DNA of 64,000 nucleotides from Blepharisma stoltei ATCC 30299 (lineage: Eukaryota > Protista > Ciliophora): NCBI GenBank assembly GCA_965603825.1, contig CBFDEM010000010.1, positions 186,001 through 250,000 of the forward strand. Reading direction: 5' to 3'. The position numbers were made by a program, and so were the translations under genes. The notes beneath the pieces were generated by a model that made no database searches, had not been told where the DNA came from, and was given only the letters and a program-made list of their open reading frames with translations. Shown piece by piece: positions 34,735-46,811 of this stretch (the stretch's first letter is position 1; the number at the start of each line of letters is the position of its first letter).

Positions 34735-35676
34735 TTAGAGAAAATAATCTGGCGTTCTCTGCGCAATATTAGGCTCTCCCCTTCTTGGTGCTGGATCGAA
34801 CTGTATGAAATTTTGATTTAAATTTTCATCAACTTCAATAATTCCTGCCTGATTGCCACATCTATAGCAGTAATTTGGTGCTGAAAAGATAGTCACCACA
34901 TTTCTGTCATGGCACCAAGAGTATCCTTCCATGACTAGCTGATGTGCTCTTGCAATGAGTTTTAAGTTATTGGTGTGATTAAATTGCTCAGAGTTATCCT
35001 GCCCAAAAGTGAATCCTGCACCTCTTGGGCTGATTCCCCAGCCAGGCTTTTCGTCAGGATCAGACCATAATAAGTCGCACATAGCTCCTTCATGTGGGAC
35101 TTCTTGAATTCTATCCAGCTGCCTTATATGGTCTAAAGTGTCTAATGAAGGTGACAATCCTCCATGTAAACAAAATATTTGGTTTTCTACAAGTGCAGTT
35201 AAAGGCAAATAATCAAATAAATCAGTAAAGTATTTCCAAACATTGGCTGAATTATATTTTCTCATGCATTCATCATAAAAGCCGTAAACTTGGGTAATTT
35301 GGCGTGATTCGTGATTCCCTCTTGTAATTGTGATTCTGTCTCTGTAGCGGACTTTTAAGGAAACTAGTAAACTTACACATTCAACTGAGTAGTAGCCTCT
35401 GTCTACATAGTCGCCCGTAAATAAATAATTTGTATCTGGAAGATAGCCACCTATTCTGAAGAGTTCTATTAAATCATGAAATTGGCCATGAATATCCCCG
35501 CATATGGTAACAGGGACTTTTACAGGCTGAACATTATTTTCTTCAGAAAGAATTTCGCGCGCTTTCTCACAAAGGGTTTTTACTTCAGCTTCTGAAATGT
35601 ATTTCCCATCCATTAGCTGGGTAATTTGTCGATCTAAGAGCTCAACATCGCTTAGGGATAAAATGGTTGCTGACAT
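34735..35676 (-). CDS. PPP2C: protein phosphatase 2A catalytic subunit
   Basis: [28 protein letters not shown] and C-terminal TPDYFL. Confidence 0.96.
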   Translation of the reverse strand: MSATILSLSDVELLDRQITQLMDGKYISEAEVKTLCEKAREILSEENNVQPVKVPVTICGDIHGQFHDLIELFRIGGYLPDTNYLFTGDYVDRGYYSVECVSLLVSLKVRYRDRITITRGNHESRQITQVYGFYDECMRKYNSANVWKYFTDLFDYLPLTALVENQIFCLHGGLSPSLDTLDHIRQLDRIQEVPHEGAMCDLLWSDPDEKPGWGISPRGAGFTFGQDNSEQFNHTNNLKLIARAHQLVMEGYSWCHDRNVVTIFSAPNYCYRCGNQAGIIEVDENLNQNFIQFDPAPRRGEPNIAQRTPDYFL

Positions 35677-35723
35677 TTAAATTATAAAGAAAAATTTATA
35701 GTAAAAATTAATGTAAGGAAATT

Positions 35724-36377
35724 TTAGTTTTCGCTACCTACAGGAGTATAATTTAATAGACTTCTTGCTAGCTCTCCAGATTCAAAACTTCTTAGATTCC
35801 TATCAAATGCGCTTCCTGATCTCGGCTTTCAATGCTTTCTTGCCTCTTTTTTACTTACGAGCTGCGGATAAGCTGTTGCAATAGCAGGAGTTATGATAGG
35901 TCTCATAGGATCTTTTCTTCTAGATGAGGTTGATATATTTCTTTTATATCTATTGTTGTTATCATTCCACTTTGCATAATCTTCTCTTTTATAAGCAGAT
36001 TTTACATCTCTCAAGACTTTATAAAAAGCTTTGTTTTCACTATTAATCCTACTAACTTCTCTTTTTCTCCGATTGTAGTTCAATGATTTTAAATGAACTG
36101 GCTTGTTATCGAAGTTTTGGTGATGGAAAATTGTTTGTAGCTTGTCTAGTAAATTGCTGTTTTCGTATTCGATTTCTCGTATGCGATTTTTACGGTTTTG
36201 TGACTTTTTAGAAGTTTGGCCATCTGTTATGTGAGAATATTGAAGATCGTTATGTGCTTCAATCCGGGGTTTGATATTGCGGATATTTTTTTCCATGCTG
36301 TAGTAGTTTTGGAAGATCCTTAATAAAAGTTACATAAGCTTTGTAGCTGTATTTGTAGGCTCTCTAGGAACTGACAT
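35724..36377 (-). CDS. CFAP97/Hemingway-like ciliary protein
   Basis: RNIKPRI..REIEYENSNLLDKL..KSLNYNRRKREVSRINSENKAFYKVLRDVKSAY; intron 36319-36333; TGA read-through to TAA 35724-35726. Confidence 0.7.
36319..36333 (-). other. 15-nt intron
   Basis: GTAACTTTTATTAAG; removes an in-frame TAA. Confidence 0.75.
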
Positions 36378-36726
36378 TTCTTATTGAATTTAATAAATTT
36401 ATATGAAGCTATTCATTTATAGCATGCATTAACCAATATTTTGCTAAAAAAATAAATGCTTATTTATTATCCGAAAATAATTTTCCATCACCTTTTTCAT
36501 TCAGCAAAATTTTCCAAAATAAAATTATTTGTCTCCTATTTCCTTAAAAGTCAAGTCACTTGAAATGGAAGGCTTATAAAAATTAAATATGGAGCTAAGA
36601 CCACCAAAAGTCTAAAACCCTTTCGATTTGATTTTTTCATTAGACCCATGCCAGTGTTAATTGATTGAAAATACATGTAATCATTCATATCTCTAATCGA
36701 GATGCCATACCACATTGTATATAAAA

Positions 36727-37953
36727 ATGATATTGCTGCTGTTAATGATAAGGCAAATCTTCGCCACAGACATCCCCGAGCAAGTCCATGTCGCCGTCGG
36801 CGCAAGTCCTAGCCTTATTCAATTTACATGGAGTACTCGTGAATCAACACCGACATCAGCGGTCCGCATTGGTTTAAACCCTTCCTTTTGGAAGTATTAC
36901 TATGGCTCATCAATTAGCTTCACCAATGGGACGAATTCTTGGATAATCCATACAGTTAACGCAACATTGTACCCAGGAACAGTCTATAGCTATCAGGTTG
37001 GCTGCGTTTTGACCAATTTTAGTCAAACTTTCACACTTACAGTGCCTCCAAGTTCTGGACCATCCAGCTACGTCATGTTCGCAGATTTAGATATTGGGGT
37101 AGACGGCGCTGCCTCATGGCAAGAGATAGAAAACTGGGTGATTAAGATGAAAATCAACGCTGTTATCCACATGGGGGACATTGCTTATGACCTCAGCACC
37201 GACTATGCTACTTGGGGAGACAATTACATGAACTCGATCCAAGCAGTTGCTAGCTCAGTGCCTTACATGGTAGCTGTAGGCAACCATGAAGGAGACGATA
37301 ATTATGTCAATTACCAAGCAAGGTTTAGGATGCCGAACAATAATTTCTACTACACCTGGACCAGCGGTTATGTAAGATTTCTAGGAATCGATACAGAAGC
37401 CATCATAGAAAGAACCTCAGAGATTGGCCCAATGATGGGCTATATACAAAGCGTCCTGAATAGAACTCAGGCAGATAAAGAAGCTTACCCATGGCTGGTC
37501 GTATATGCCCACAGACCTTTGTACTGTTCGTCAACTGCAAAGGCAAAAGCATGTGGATCTGAAGCCCAAATATTACAAGACAACTTAGAAACATTGTTTT
37601 ATGATTATAATGTTGACTTGTATGTCAATGGGCATGTGCACAATTACGAGAGGACAACCCCTGTTTACAAAGGAAACAAAATGAAGAGCGGAGGATCAGG
37701 AAACACTTACATAGATCCTCTCGCAACAATTTATGTCACAACTGGAGGCCCAGGATCTGATTCCAGCAATTCTGATGTCGCTACTAAGAATGCTCCGAAT
37801 TGGCTGGCCGCTTGGGATGACAACTTTACATATAGCATTTTTACTGCTTTTAATGCTACTCACCTGTGCTGGCAACAGTGGGAAACTGGGAAAAGCAAAA
37901 CAACAGACGAGTTTTGGATCGTCAAAGGCTCATCTGCATTTGCTGAACATTAA
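36727..37953 (+). CDS. secreted purple acid phosphatase (ACP7/PAPL type)
   Basis: Signal peptide, PEQVH FN3-like start, GDIAY, GNHE, HRPLY, GHVHNYER. Confidence 0.93.
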   Translation: MILLLLMIRQIFATDIPEQVHVAVGASPSLIQFTWSTRESTPTSAVRIGLNPSFWKYYYGSSISFTNGTNSWIIHTVNATLYPGTVYSYQVGCVLTNFSQTFTLTVPPSSGPSSYVMFADLDIGVDGAASWQEIENWVIKMKINAVIHMGDIAYDLSTDYATWGDNYMNSIQAVASSVPYMVAVGNHEGDDNYVNYQARFRMPNNNFYYTWTSGYVRFLGIDTEAIIERTSEIGPMMGYIQSVLNRTQADKEAYPWLVVYAHRPLYCSSTAKAKACGSEAQILQDNLETLFYDYNVDLYVNGHVHNYERTTPVYKGNKMKSGGSGNTYIDPLATIYVTTGGPGSDSSNSDVATKNAPNWLAAWDDNFTYSIFTAFNATHLCWQQWETGKSKTTDEFWIVKGSSAFAEH

Positions 37954-38039
37954 TATATTAAAAACTTCTAAAAATTGCGTTTAATTATAATTTTGAAATC
38001 CTTAATTAATTTTCAGAATTGAAGGAATAATCAATATAA

Positions 38040-40868
38040 ATGGAAGCTTTAAAAGCTGAAATCCAAGAATATTGCAAAGACATCAGCACACTTGCAGACT
38101 ATTTTGTGACCATAGGGATGAGTTTAGAAAACATTAAAAATCATGTGATGAACAATGAAGCTTTATCCCCTATCATTCTTTCACAATTTCCTCCAATTCA
38201 AAGAGAAGGAGCAGTAATTCCTGCCCAGCTTCCGATGTTTTGTTTTCCATGAGGAGCAGAAATTGTTAAAGGGACAACTGAAGTGCCAAGTTCTCTATTC
38301 AATTTAGTCCTTACAGATGAACAAGGCCATTTACTATATTGTACATGTCTAAAAGTTTATGAAGCTTATTTTCATGAAGAACCGTCTGAGGGTTCGCCCT
38401 CTCGAGGAGTTTTTAAAAGAGCTGATACTAGAGCGAAAACAGGTAGACCTGATACAACTCAATTCCCATCTTTCGAAATGGTAGAGATTGAAGAAAATGA
38501 AAATCCTTTCAAAAAGAGAAGTTTTACTTTAGGAAACTTAGACGAGCTTGAGGGAGAAATTCCGAATGAAGAAGAAGTAGCTTGCATGATACCTTCGTTC
38601 TCGTTTTTTTGTCCTACTGGTGCTTTAGTTCCTAAGTGTTTGGTCATCGTTTCAAGGCACCCATATTTTGAAACTTTTAAAAAGATATTGAACACATTCT
38701 ATAAAATGAGCTCTGCAAGGCTTGACTTACCATTAGAGTGCTATATATCTCATTTTATTCTGCAAGTGCCACTGCCTTCAAGAGGTCACGTCGAAATTCT
38801 TTATCAAATTGAGGCTCAGCAATTTCGACTTTCACTGCCAGCAGTTAATAGGTTTCCTTTATTAGATATCAATTTAGGAATGCTTTTTTACTGCCTAGAT
38901 CTCGAAAATATGCTATTTGTATTCAGATGCATTGCTACCGAACAGCCTATCGTTTTCGTATCAAACAACGAAGACAAACTTTGCACATGCACTTATGCGC
39001 TTTTAGCACTAATTTTTCCATTCCACTGAAGCCTAGTTTACGTCCCATTGTTACCTGAACAGCTACTAGATTATCTATACTCTCCTGTGAACTATATTTA
39101 TGGGGTAAATATAAGGAGCAAAGAAGCTATTTATAATAGATGCAGCGAAACTGCTGTTATTGTGGACTTAGATAATAATAAAATCGAATGCCCATTTTAT
39201 ACACAAAATCATACAAAGAAGCAAACTCTACCGAATTTGCCTGAACATTATGGAAAGAAGCTAACAAAAAGAATAGTAAGTGTCTTGTCTAAGGCTGGGG
39301 CAGGGAAGTCTAAACCTCCAAAGTTAAGCGTGCCTCGACTTGATGAGTTTGCAACTAAAAATATAAGGGAAGCTTTCTTTCAGTTTTTTGTGTCCATTTT
39401 TATATCCTATAAAAAGTTCTTGAACTATGATTGGAACGAAAATGATAATTCAAGTTTTTTTGATAGAAAAGGATTTTTGGCAAGTGTTCCTGAAAATGCT
39501 AGATTTTTCTTAGGTGAAATGATAAAGTCACAGACTTTTGCAAATTTTTGTGCTACAAGATTAAGACCTAGAACAATAGAAGAGCACTGTGAAGGGCTGC
39601 TATTTGACGAGCATATAATAGCAAAAAATAACCGATCTAAGCTCAAATACAATAAAGTCCCTGCCCCATTTATAAGTGATCAGTCTCAAGAACTGCATTC
39701 AAAATACCAAGTTCCGTTGATTTCTCAAGTTTATGTGAGCAAAAAAGAGCATACTTATAATCAATTTCCTGATTTTGATATGAATGTTTTCCAAGAATAT
39801 GGGTTGCCTCTTACTCGGCCTCCCAAGTATTCAGATAATATTGATATTCCTTCTCCTCCGCAGCCGTCCGCACCTCCAACTTGTAAAACTGATATAGAGT
39901 GCATCCTAAGCTGCTGGGTCGAAATGTGGGCTGCTTGCTTATGGTACCAGCATGAAGAGGAGCAATCTCTCCGTCTCAAAGAAGCTTTGCAAGTTCTTGA
40001 ACTAATAAATTCTTCCTTTAATGGCTCTTTGACATCTCTTTATAAACTTTTATTTGAGGCATGCTTGAACGTTAACCCTAGCCTTGCTTTACCTATTTTT
40101 TCAGTCATGAATACTTTGCAAGTTATGGTAGATGCAGGGACGGTACATTTAGTCCAACGAGTCATATCAAAATTATCACTAAAGCCACAAGACATTGAAA
40201 TGAGAAAGACGAGGGACAGCTTACTAGTGACGAATTCGCTATTATCTGACTCAACAAATTTAGTGAATCGCAAAAGACGCATTTTTACTAGGCCAGGAGA
40301 CATTCATATTTTTGCCAAACAAGAGGTATGCTTTTTGGTTAAAGAGTTATGTAAAAAATGTGGAAAGCAGCTAAGTTTAGAAGAGATTAAGCACGGCTGA
40401 CGAAGGCAGCCTTATGACTACCAAAGTCTTTGCAACAACTGCCAACACGGAAATTTCCCTCAGCTGAGAATTCGAGTTGGGTTAGAAGTAGGGCATATTT
40501 CTCAAAATAAAACATCATCAAAAGAAGACACCCTCTTTGTCTCTCCGCAAACACTTAAAGCTCTCGTTACTGACATATTGAATGAAAAAGATAATAAATT
40601 TCACTTGAATATAGAAGCCATGAGAGTTTACAACCCCATGATATTTTGGAATTTGGTTTGGCACTTTAATAATCTCGGCTTAACATTTGAATTTATTTTA
40701 CCTTACGAAAAAGACACAGAAAACAAAAAGTTTTTTGCACTAAATACCGACGATGGCCCAAACAAGCAGGAAGAAATGTTAGATGGAGAAACACAAACGT
40801 TGTGGAGCTTGGAAAAGGTCAGTGAAGCTATTCAAAAGTATAATGAGTTGATAAATGAAATTAATTAA
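38040..40868 (+). CDS. DENN-domain Rab GEF, DENND4-like, about 942 aa
   Basis: MFCFPWG, FNLVLTDEQG..YCTCL, PKCLVIVSRHPYF, FPFHW..YVPLLP, C-terminal CxxC pairs and PMIFWNLVWHF; three TGA. Confidence 0.88.
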
Positions 40869-40894
40869 ATTTGTAAATTAATGAAATAAAAAGA

Positions 40895-41869
40895 ATGAGT
40901 GAGCTTATGCCAAACCTTGGCTGTGAGGTAGGATGTGCGAAGGAAGAGTTTTTTACTCCTGCCAAACTGTCATATGATGGAAATAAGGTGATAACTAGTG
41001 TGAATGGGGAAATCAAGACTTTCAAAATTCCTAAGGAAAAAAGTGAATTGAAGATGACTAATGAGATATCGTATAGGGAAAAAGAAACGATTTATGATTA
41101 TTATTGATATTCTGACACTTCAAAATATTTTTCTATCATAAAAGATCATCCTATTTTGCTACACTCTGCAATTAATAACAAAATACTTATGAAATATACA
41201 GTGCAAAACCATCTCTGTGAGGTAAGAGCTCCACTTTCTTTAATTCTTGAAGGGGATTGAGGAATTTACACAGCTCTTGGAAATACTGTCAAATATTTTG
41301 ATTTGGAAACTTCATTGTGCTATAGCTTTCCACTTTCAGTAGACGAGCTCAGAATAAGCCCAAAATGCATTATCTCTGCTATAGGTGGGAAAGAAGACTT
41401 GATAGCTATAGGGAATTATTCAAAAACTGTTTATTTATTCTCAAAGGATTCATGCAAAACTATTGGAATACTAGAAGGGCATCAAGGAGGAATCATTCAA
41501 TGCGAATTTAGAGACAATTATTTATATATTGGTTGCAGAAAGCAAAATAGCATTGCTGCATGAGATTTGCGAAATATTTCATATCCAGTGAATATATTGA
41601 ATTTTTATAGGCAGCATGAATCCAATCAAAGGATTTTATTTGATCTGAATGAAAATGGTTTAGAGTTAGCAGTTGGAAATGGAGATGGAAGCATCTATAA
41701 ATACTCTACTGTAGATGGGAGCTTATTAAATTATTTTATGGGACATTTTGATGCTATAAATTCTGTTCAAGTTTTTGGAAACAGAATTGTGACTAGCTCT
41801 GGCCAAAGACATTATGAAGAAGTCGAAAACCCTTGGGGTAGCTTAATTAGGGTATGAAGTTATGAATAG
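40895..41869 (+). CDS. WRAP53: WD40 protein, WRAP53/TCAB1 (Swt21)-like
   Basis: ETIYDYYWY, KDHPI, GHQGGI, WDLRN, SNQRILFD, TSSGQRHY; four TGA; TAG 41867-41869. Confidence 0.8.
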
Positions 41870-41969
41870 TTTTTTCATCTGCTTTCAGAAATAGCTCAAT
41901 ATACATATTACTAATAAATTAATCCTCTAGTATAAAAACCATTGAATTTAAATAATTATCCTTAAAATA

Positions 41970-42503
41970 ATGAATCAGAATCCAGCCTCTTCGCCAAATC
42001 GTAATCTTTATTAAGCTCGACGAGTTTATGTTAAATTAAACTTCAAAGCTAAAGACAGCAAGCCTTTCTCTCAGGAAAAGCAAGTTTCCCAGAGAACTGA
42101 AAAACGAGCCATGACTAATGCTGCAGCGAACAGAACCCCATCTCCCAGGCTCTCTAAATCTCCTTGCTCAGTTCGAAATAGAGATAATGCAAAATTTGAA
42201 GAAGACAGATGCATTTTATTAACTGAGTGCCCTTCAGGGTCTATATCCCCAGCTAAAAAAATTTCCAATCAGAAACCACCCAGAACTCCTCTTGGGAAAA
42301 AATCTTCACAAAGCCATTCTAGGTCTTCAAGTGGAAATAATGTAATAACTCCTATGAAATCAGCAAGAAATTCGAGACTTGACAACCTTTCAAAGAATTT
42401 TCAAATTACTAAAGATATGCTGCAAAGGTGGATCAGCGACAAAGACTTAGAAACCCCTGCCAAAGCTTTAAGCCTTGATTTTAATGAAGTTGGAGTCTTT
42501 TAA
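41970..42503 (+). CDS. hypothetical Ser/Pro-rich protein
   Basis: ATG 41970 joined to ORF 42111-42503 by removing intron 42001-42015. Confidence 0.7.
42001..42015 (+). other. 15-nt intron
   Basis: GTAATCTTTATTAAG; in-frame TAA. Confidence 0.8.
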
Positions 42504-42511
42504 TAATTAAA

Positions 42512-42784
42512 ATGATAATAAGCAGGGAAAAATTAGAAAAATACTCACAGGATTTGTATGAGACTCATCAAAGAATGAAAGATAATACTATAGAGAGCAG
42601 AAAGCTAAGCAGAATTTATTTTTCATCAGCTATAGCTGGAGGAACAAGTTATTTCTTTTTACTATCTGGCCCAAGGCTTCGTATGAGCATATGAAAGGTT
42701 ATTATCTATCTCTACTCCATTTCTTTTGTATCAAAATCTTCGGGATTTTTATCACTTATCATTTATTCATCATATTTTAAATAA
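42512..42784 (+). CDS. small (90 aa) putative membrane protein
   Basis: ATG to TAA with one TGA; two hydrophobic segments; fills the gap between its neighbours almost exactly. Confidence 0.6.
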
Positions 42785-42794
42785 AATCTTATCC

Positions 42795-44294
42795 TTAGGA
42801 AACTTCTTCGGATTTTTCATCTCTAATCCTCTTCAAAATGTCTTTATTCATTTTAAGTTCATTTCTATTCATTTTAGCTCTCCTTTGCTTCGCTTCTTTT
42901 TCTTCCATCTGAGCTTTTAACATTTGAGCATGCAATAAGTTTATTTCCTTTTCTCTTTTTTTCTTATCTTCTTCCATCTTGAAAAAGTCTTCGGCGTCGC
43001 GCTTCCACATATCAGCTTGCTCATTATGCGACCTTTTGTCTTGGGCTTTTCTTTCATGCTTTTCTTCGACTTGCCTATCGAGATATTTCCTAATTTCTTC
43101 TTTTTGCTCTCTGATTCTTTGGAGCCTTCTTTCGTCCTCTTGCCGGTCGAGATTTTCTTTTTCTTCGATTTGCTTAAGAAGCATGAGATCTTCTTCGCGA
43201 TTTCTTTGGTCTTGTTCTTTTAGGACTGTATCAGCCATTCTTGCCATTAGCTGCTGTTGGCGTTCTTCTCTTGCTTTTATTTCGTTAAGACGGTCTTGCT
43301 CTTGGCGGTCGAGCATTCGTGCATAGTCTTCCATAGATTGAACGTCGTTTAAGCGCTCACGTTCTTGGTACTCCATCTGCTTTCGCTTATTTTCTTCATT
43401 TTCTTTCATCATGCGTTGCATGTAAGCTCTTTCTTCTCTTCTGCGTTCTTCCATAGCCTGCTGTTCGAGCATGAGCTCTTCTTTAAGTCTTTGTACAAGT
43501 TTTTGATCAAGATTATCTTGTTGCTTTTGGTCAAGTTTTTTCCTTCTTTTTTCTTCTGCAAGCTGCTTATCTCTCAATGCTTTTTCTTGCATGATTTTTT
43601 CCCTATATTCTCTTTCCCGCTCTTCTTCCCTTTCAGCCATCATTTTGAGGTTTTTTTCTTGGGCTTCTTCATAAAGTTTATTTTCTTCTTCTTCAGACAG
43701 CTTTTTTCTTTCTTTTTCATTTAGTTGTCTATCAAGTTCTCTTTTGAGTTTAATTTTATTTTCCATTTCTCTTCGAAGACGGGCTCTTTCTTCTTCACGA
43801 TACATTAGTGTGTCATGCTCAAGGATAGCAGCCCATTCATCTTCATTGTCATCAGGCACATATGAGAGTGACGACGCTTTTGATGATGAAACCTCAGATA
43901 AAGAATCAGATTGCGCTTTGGAAGACCCTTTTTGTGACGGCTGAGATGAGCGAGATTTAATTGACTTAACGCTCGGCTCTGATGGTTGAGCTTTTGGAAT
44001 TGGCTTTTGGGAATGTACAGATTGAGTTTCATAATCGCCTTCTGCTTTTTTACGAATTCGCTCATCTAATTTTTGTAAGTTTGCTTCAGTTAGTGTTTCA
44101 GCTTTCATAAAATTTTCAACTTCTCTATCAATGAACCCAGGATGTTTGTCACCGTATTTTTTCTTGAACTTGTTAATAAGCATTCCTTTAAGGTCTTCAC
44201 GCTCTTGGAGCTTGAGCAAACGCTGCTTTTTTTGCTCAGAGAGTTTACTAGCTGTTCCCTGGTTAGGTTTAGGAGGTACTTTGGGATAAGACAT
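42795..44294 (-). CDS. long E/K/R/Q-rich helical protein, trichohyalin-plectin-homology (ciliary MIP-like)
   Basis: 499-aa ORF, DEWAAI motif, repeated L..Q(L/V/M).EK pattern. Confidence 0.75.
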   Translation of the reverse strand: MSYPKVPPKPNQGTASKLSEQKKQRLLKLQEREDLKGMLINKFKKKYGDKHPGFIDREVENFMKAETLTEANLQKLDERIRKKAEGDYETQSVHSQKPIPKAQPSEPSVKSIKSRSSQPSQKGSSKAQSDSLSEVSSSKASSLSYVPDDNEDEWAAILEHDTLMYREEERARLRREMENKIKLKRELDRQLNEKERKKLSEEEENKLYEEAQEKNLKMMAEREEEREREYREKIMQEKALRDKQLAEEKRRKKLDQKQQDNLDQKLVQRLKEELMLEQQAMEERRREERAYMQRMMKENEENKRKQMEYQERERLNDVQSMEDYARMLDRQEQDRLNEIKAREERQQQLMARMADTVLKEQDQRNREEDLMLLKQIEEKENLDRQEDERRLQRIREQKEEIRKYLDRQVEEKHERKAQDKRSHNEQADMWKRDAEDFFKMEEDKKKREKEINLLHAQMLKAQMEEKEAKQRRAKMNRNELKMNKDILKRIRDEKSEEVS

Positions 44295-44674
44295 ATTAAT
44301 TATTATAAACTGTCTGAAAGAAATTTCCAGATTTTATTTTTATGGAAGGATAAGTTTGGATGTGGAAATGATTTGAATTTAAATTAATAGAACGATTCAT
44401 GAATGATATTTAATTATAAACTAAAATTTAAAATTTTTAAATTTAAGCTTCCAATAGTTAAATTATCAGCCAATCTAATTGCTGTACACAAATTATATAA
44501 AATTTTGAGCTGTATTCAACTTTTGCAGCAATTTTAAAATCCTCCTTTACTTATTTTATATCCTATTCTAAAACTTCATCTACAAATTATAATCATTAAC
44601 AAGTATATTGGCAGTTTGCCACTTTACACATAATATAAGAAAAAATGATTAAATAAAAACTCTATACAGAGTAT

Positions 44675-45547
44675 CTACACTTTTGTACTGCTAAACTCTA
44701 CTTTCAAGTAATCAAACTTGCCAGTTATCATAAAATAATGCTTAAATGATAATCCTGTATTTTTCAACCCAAGAACTTTTAAGTTCGATAACGAGCTGAT
44801 TATATTTAATAGCATAGCTCCCGCTTTCGGCGTGATATAATTGTTGTTTAAGCCTAAATGGCGAAGGGTTTGCGATTTTTTAATTGTGTTCAAAATTTCG
44901 ATAATTCCAAGCTCCCCAATCTCGTTATTATCTAAAATTAATACTTCAAGATTTTTTAAGCGGACGATCCCACGGCACAAATTTATTGCGCCTATATCCC
45001 CCAGATTGTCTCTGCTCAGGTCAATATACTTTACATTGACTATATGCTGAAATAGTCTTTCTAATTGGCAGCCTCCTTCTGCTTCTAAACTATTATAGCT
45101 CAATGTGATTTTTTGCAATGGCTTTAGTTTTTCAAGTTTACTTTGCAGCCTATACAAATCCTTTGAACTTAAGCCAGTATCCTTCAAATTGATTTCTTCC
45201 AAGCACCGAAAATATTCTAGAATAGCGATTAACTGGTAGACATTATTTACATCAAGAGGAGTGAAGCTAAGATCAATTTCAGTCACATTCAGCTCTTCGC
45301 AGGCAAAAATCGCTTCAAAAAGAAGCTTTATCTTATTTGGCATTTGATGACGCGAACTAGCAAAAAAATCAAGGAGAAGTTTTCTATTTGGTCCTTGAGT
45401 ATTGGACGGTGCACAGGCTGCCAGGTCAAATACCGAAATAATTTTTTCATTTGTGGGGAGTCCAGCAGTTATTATTGTAGATGAATATTTGCCTGAATTT
45501 ATACAGCTTATTGAATTTTTTTTCTTTTTGTAAGTGCAATTTCCCAT
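44675..45547 (-). CDS. RNI-like leucine-rich-repeat protein with N-terminal acylation motif
   Basis: LxLxxNxL/I repeats (LSYNSL, LDNNEIG, LNNNYI); starts MGNC..KKKK. Confidence 0.85.
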   Translation of the reverse strand: MGNCTYKKKKNSISCINSGKYSSTIITAGLPTNEKIISVFDLAACAPSNTQGPNRKLLLDFFASSRHQMPNKIKLLFEAIFACEELNVTEIDLSFTPLDVNNVYQLIAILEYFRCLEEINLKDTGLSSKDLYRLQSKLEKLKPLQKITLSYNSLEAEGGCQLERLFQHIVNVKYIDLSRDNLGDIGAINLCRGIVRLKNLEVLILDNNEIGELGIIEILNTIKKSQTLRHLGLNNNYITPKAGAMLLNIISSLSNLKVLGLKNTGLSFKHYFMITGKFDYLKVEFSSTKV

Positions 45548-45663
45548 ACTGATTGAGGTATTTTTGTTATTTATTTATATCATAGGTGATAAATAATTAA
45601 TTCATATTTTATCATTAATTATGCTCAATGATTTTTTTAAAGGTAAGCTAAGACAATTCCATT

Positions 45664-46522
45664 TTATTTAGTAAATGGATTATAGAATCCGGGTGGAGAA
45701 AAAGTTCCTTCCAAAAAGTCGTCTTCTCGATATGAGTTTTCAATTTCATCTAATGATGGAGATTCGTTTCCAAAAATATTTTTACTGGGAGTTTCTAATT
45801 TAATATTATCCCTAAACATTGCTTCAGTTTCCGCTGAAAGTCGATTAGTTTCTTTTTGAAAATCTTCTAAAAAACTAAAGAAATTTTTCGGACTCTGAAA
45901 ATCTTCGTTTTTTTGATTTTTTAGATCAGAAATTTCTTTTTTCAGCCGATTTAATAATTCATCTTGCTCATTTATAATTTTTGCGGAAGCCTGAATAATA
46001 ATTACAAGTAGTTCATCTCTAAGCTGTTGCTCTCGTTGCTTTGATTTTGCTAACTCAAGCTTTAATGTTTGAATTTGGCCAGATTCAGAAGAAGATATAT
46101 TTTGGTTTAATATAGAGAAAGGCTCAGGTGTAGAATTTGCGCTGTCTCTTTCCATTTCAAACGATGGAGAGTTGTAGTCAGCTTTAGGCTTTTTCTTGAA
46201 ATTCAAATTACTTATGTCTGCTATGTACAAGTTTGGGAGTTTTGGTAATGGTCCATCTGGTGGCATTTTATGAAAAGGCTCTTCAAAGCGTCCTTTTCTT
46301 ATCATATATATCAAAACTTTTGCATAGTTATTTCTATTTTTTTTCCAAATTGGGTTTGAGGTGGCTTGAGATAGTTTTTTACACTGACTAAAAAATACCC
46401 ATAAATCAACCCTGATTTTTTCGTGTTTTGATAGAAGTTCTGATTCTTGTTTTATATCTAGCTATATTTTGCATACCTTTCATATAAATGATGAATTGCT
46501 CATCCAAAGGATGTGTAGCCAT
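45664..46522 (-). CDS. DUF4485 (CEP112 N-terminal-like) domain + coiled coil
   Basis: LDEQF..RVDLWCKKL..WKKNRNNYAK..EEPFHKMPPDGPLPKLP after removing introns 46458-46476 and 46384-46398; probable third intron 45991-46005. Confidence 0.78.
45991..46005 (-). other. probable 15-nt intron
   Basis: GTAATTATTATTCAG; otherwise inserts VIIIQ into a coiled coil. Confidence 0.7.
46384..46398 (-). other. probable 15-nt intron
   Basis: GTATTTTTTAGTCAG; removal gives RVDLWCKKL. Confidence 0.72.
46458..46476 (-). other. probable 19-nt intron
   Basis: GTATGCAAAATATAGCTAG; the shortest GT..AG length that keeps the frame from ATG 46522. Confidence 0.6.
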
Positions 46523-46811
46523 ATTCGAATTGTAAATTTCAAATTGATTTAAAGTGAATATTAAGATAATGGAGAGTTCTAACGTTTTTTATATAAAATT
46601 TTTGTCAATTATATTGTAAACAGGGAAACTATCTGCAATTAAATGTAGAGGTTTGTCTTGATAATTTCATTTTATTTCTTGCTTTAAATTTAGATAATTT
46701 AATTGCATCCTTATCAATAAGACTGAATTAATTCTAAGGATATATAAGCATTATTCCATAAAATTTTATATTTATAAGTGTTAGCTTTAATGTTGATATT
46801 TTAAGATAATA

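Noticed and set aside
42979-43944. Several plus-strand ORFs rich in S/F/L
   Set aside because: Antisense shadows of the E/K/R-rich coiled-coil gene; the same applies to similar antisense ORFs over dynein, DENN and the first gene
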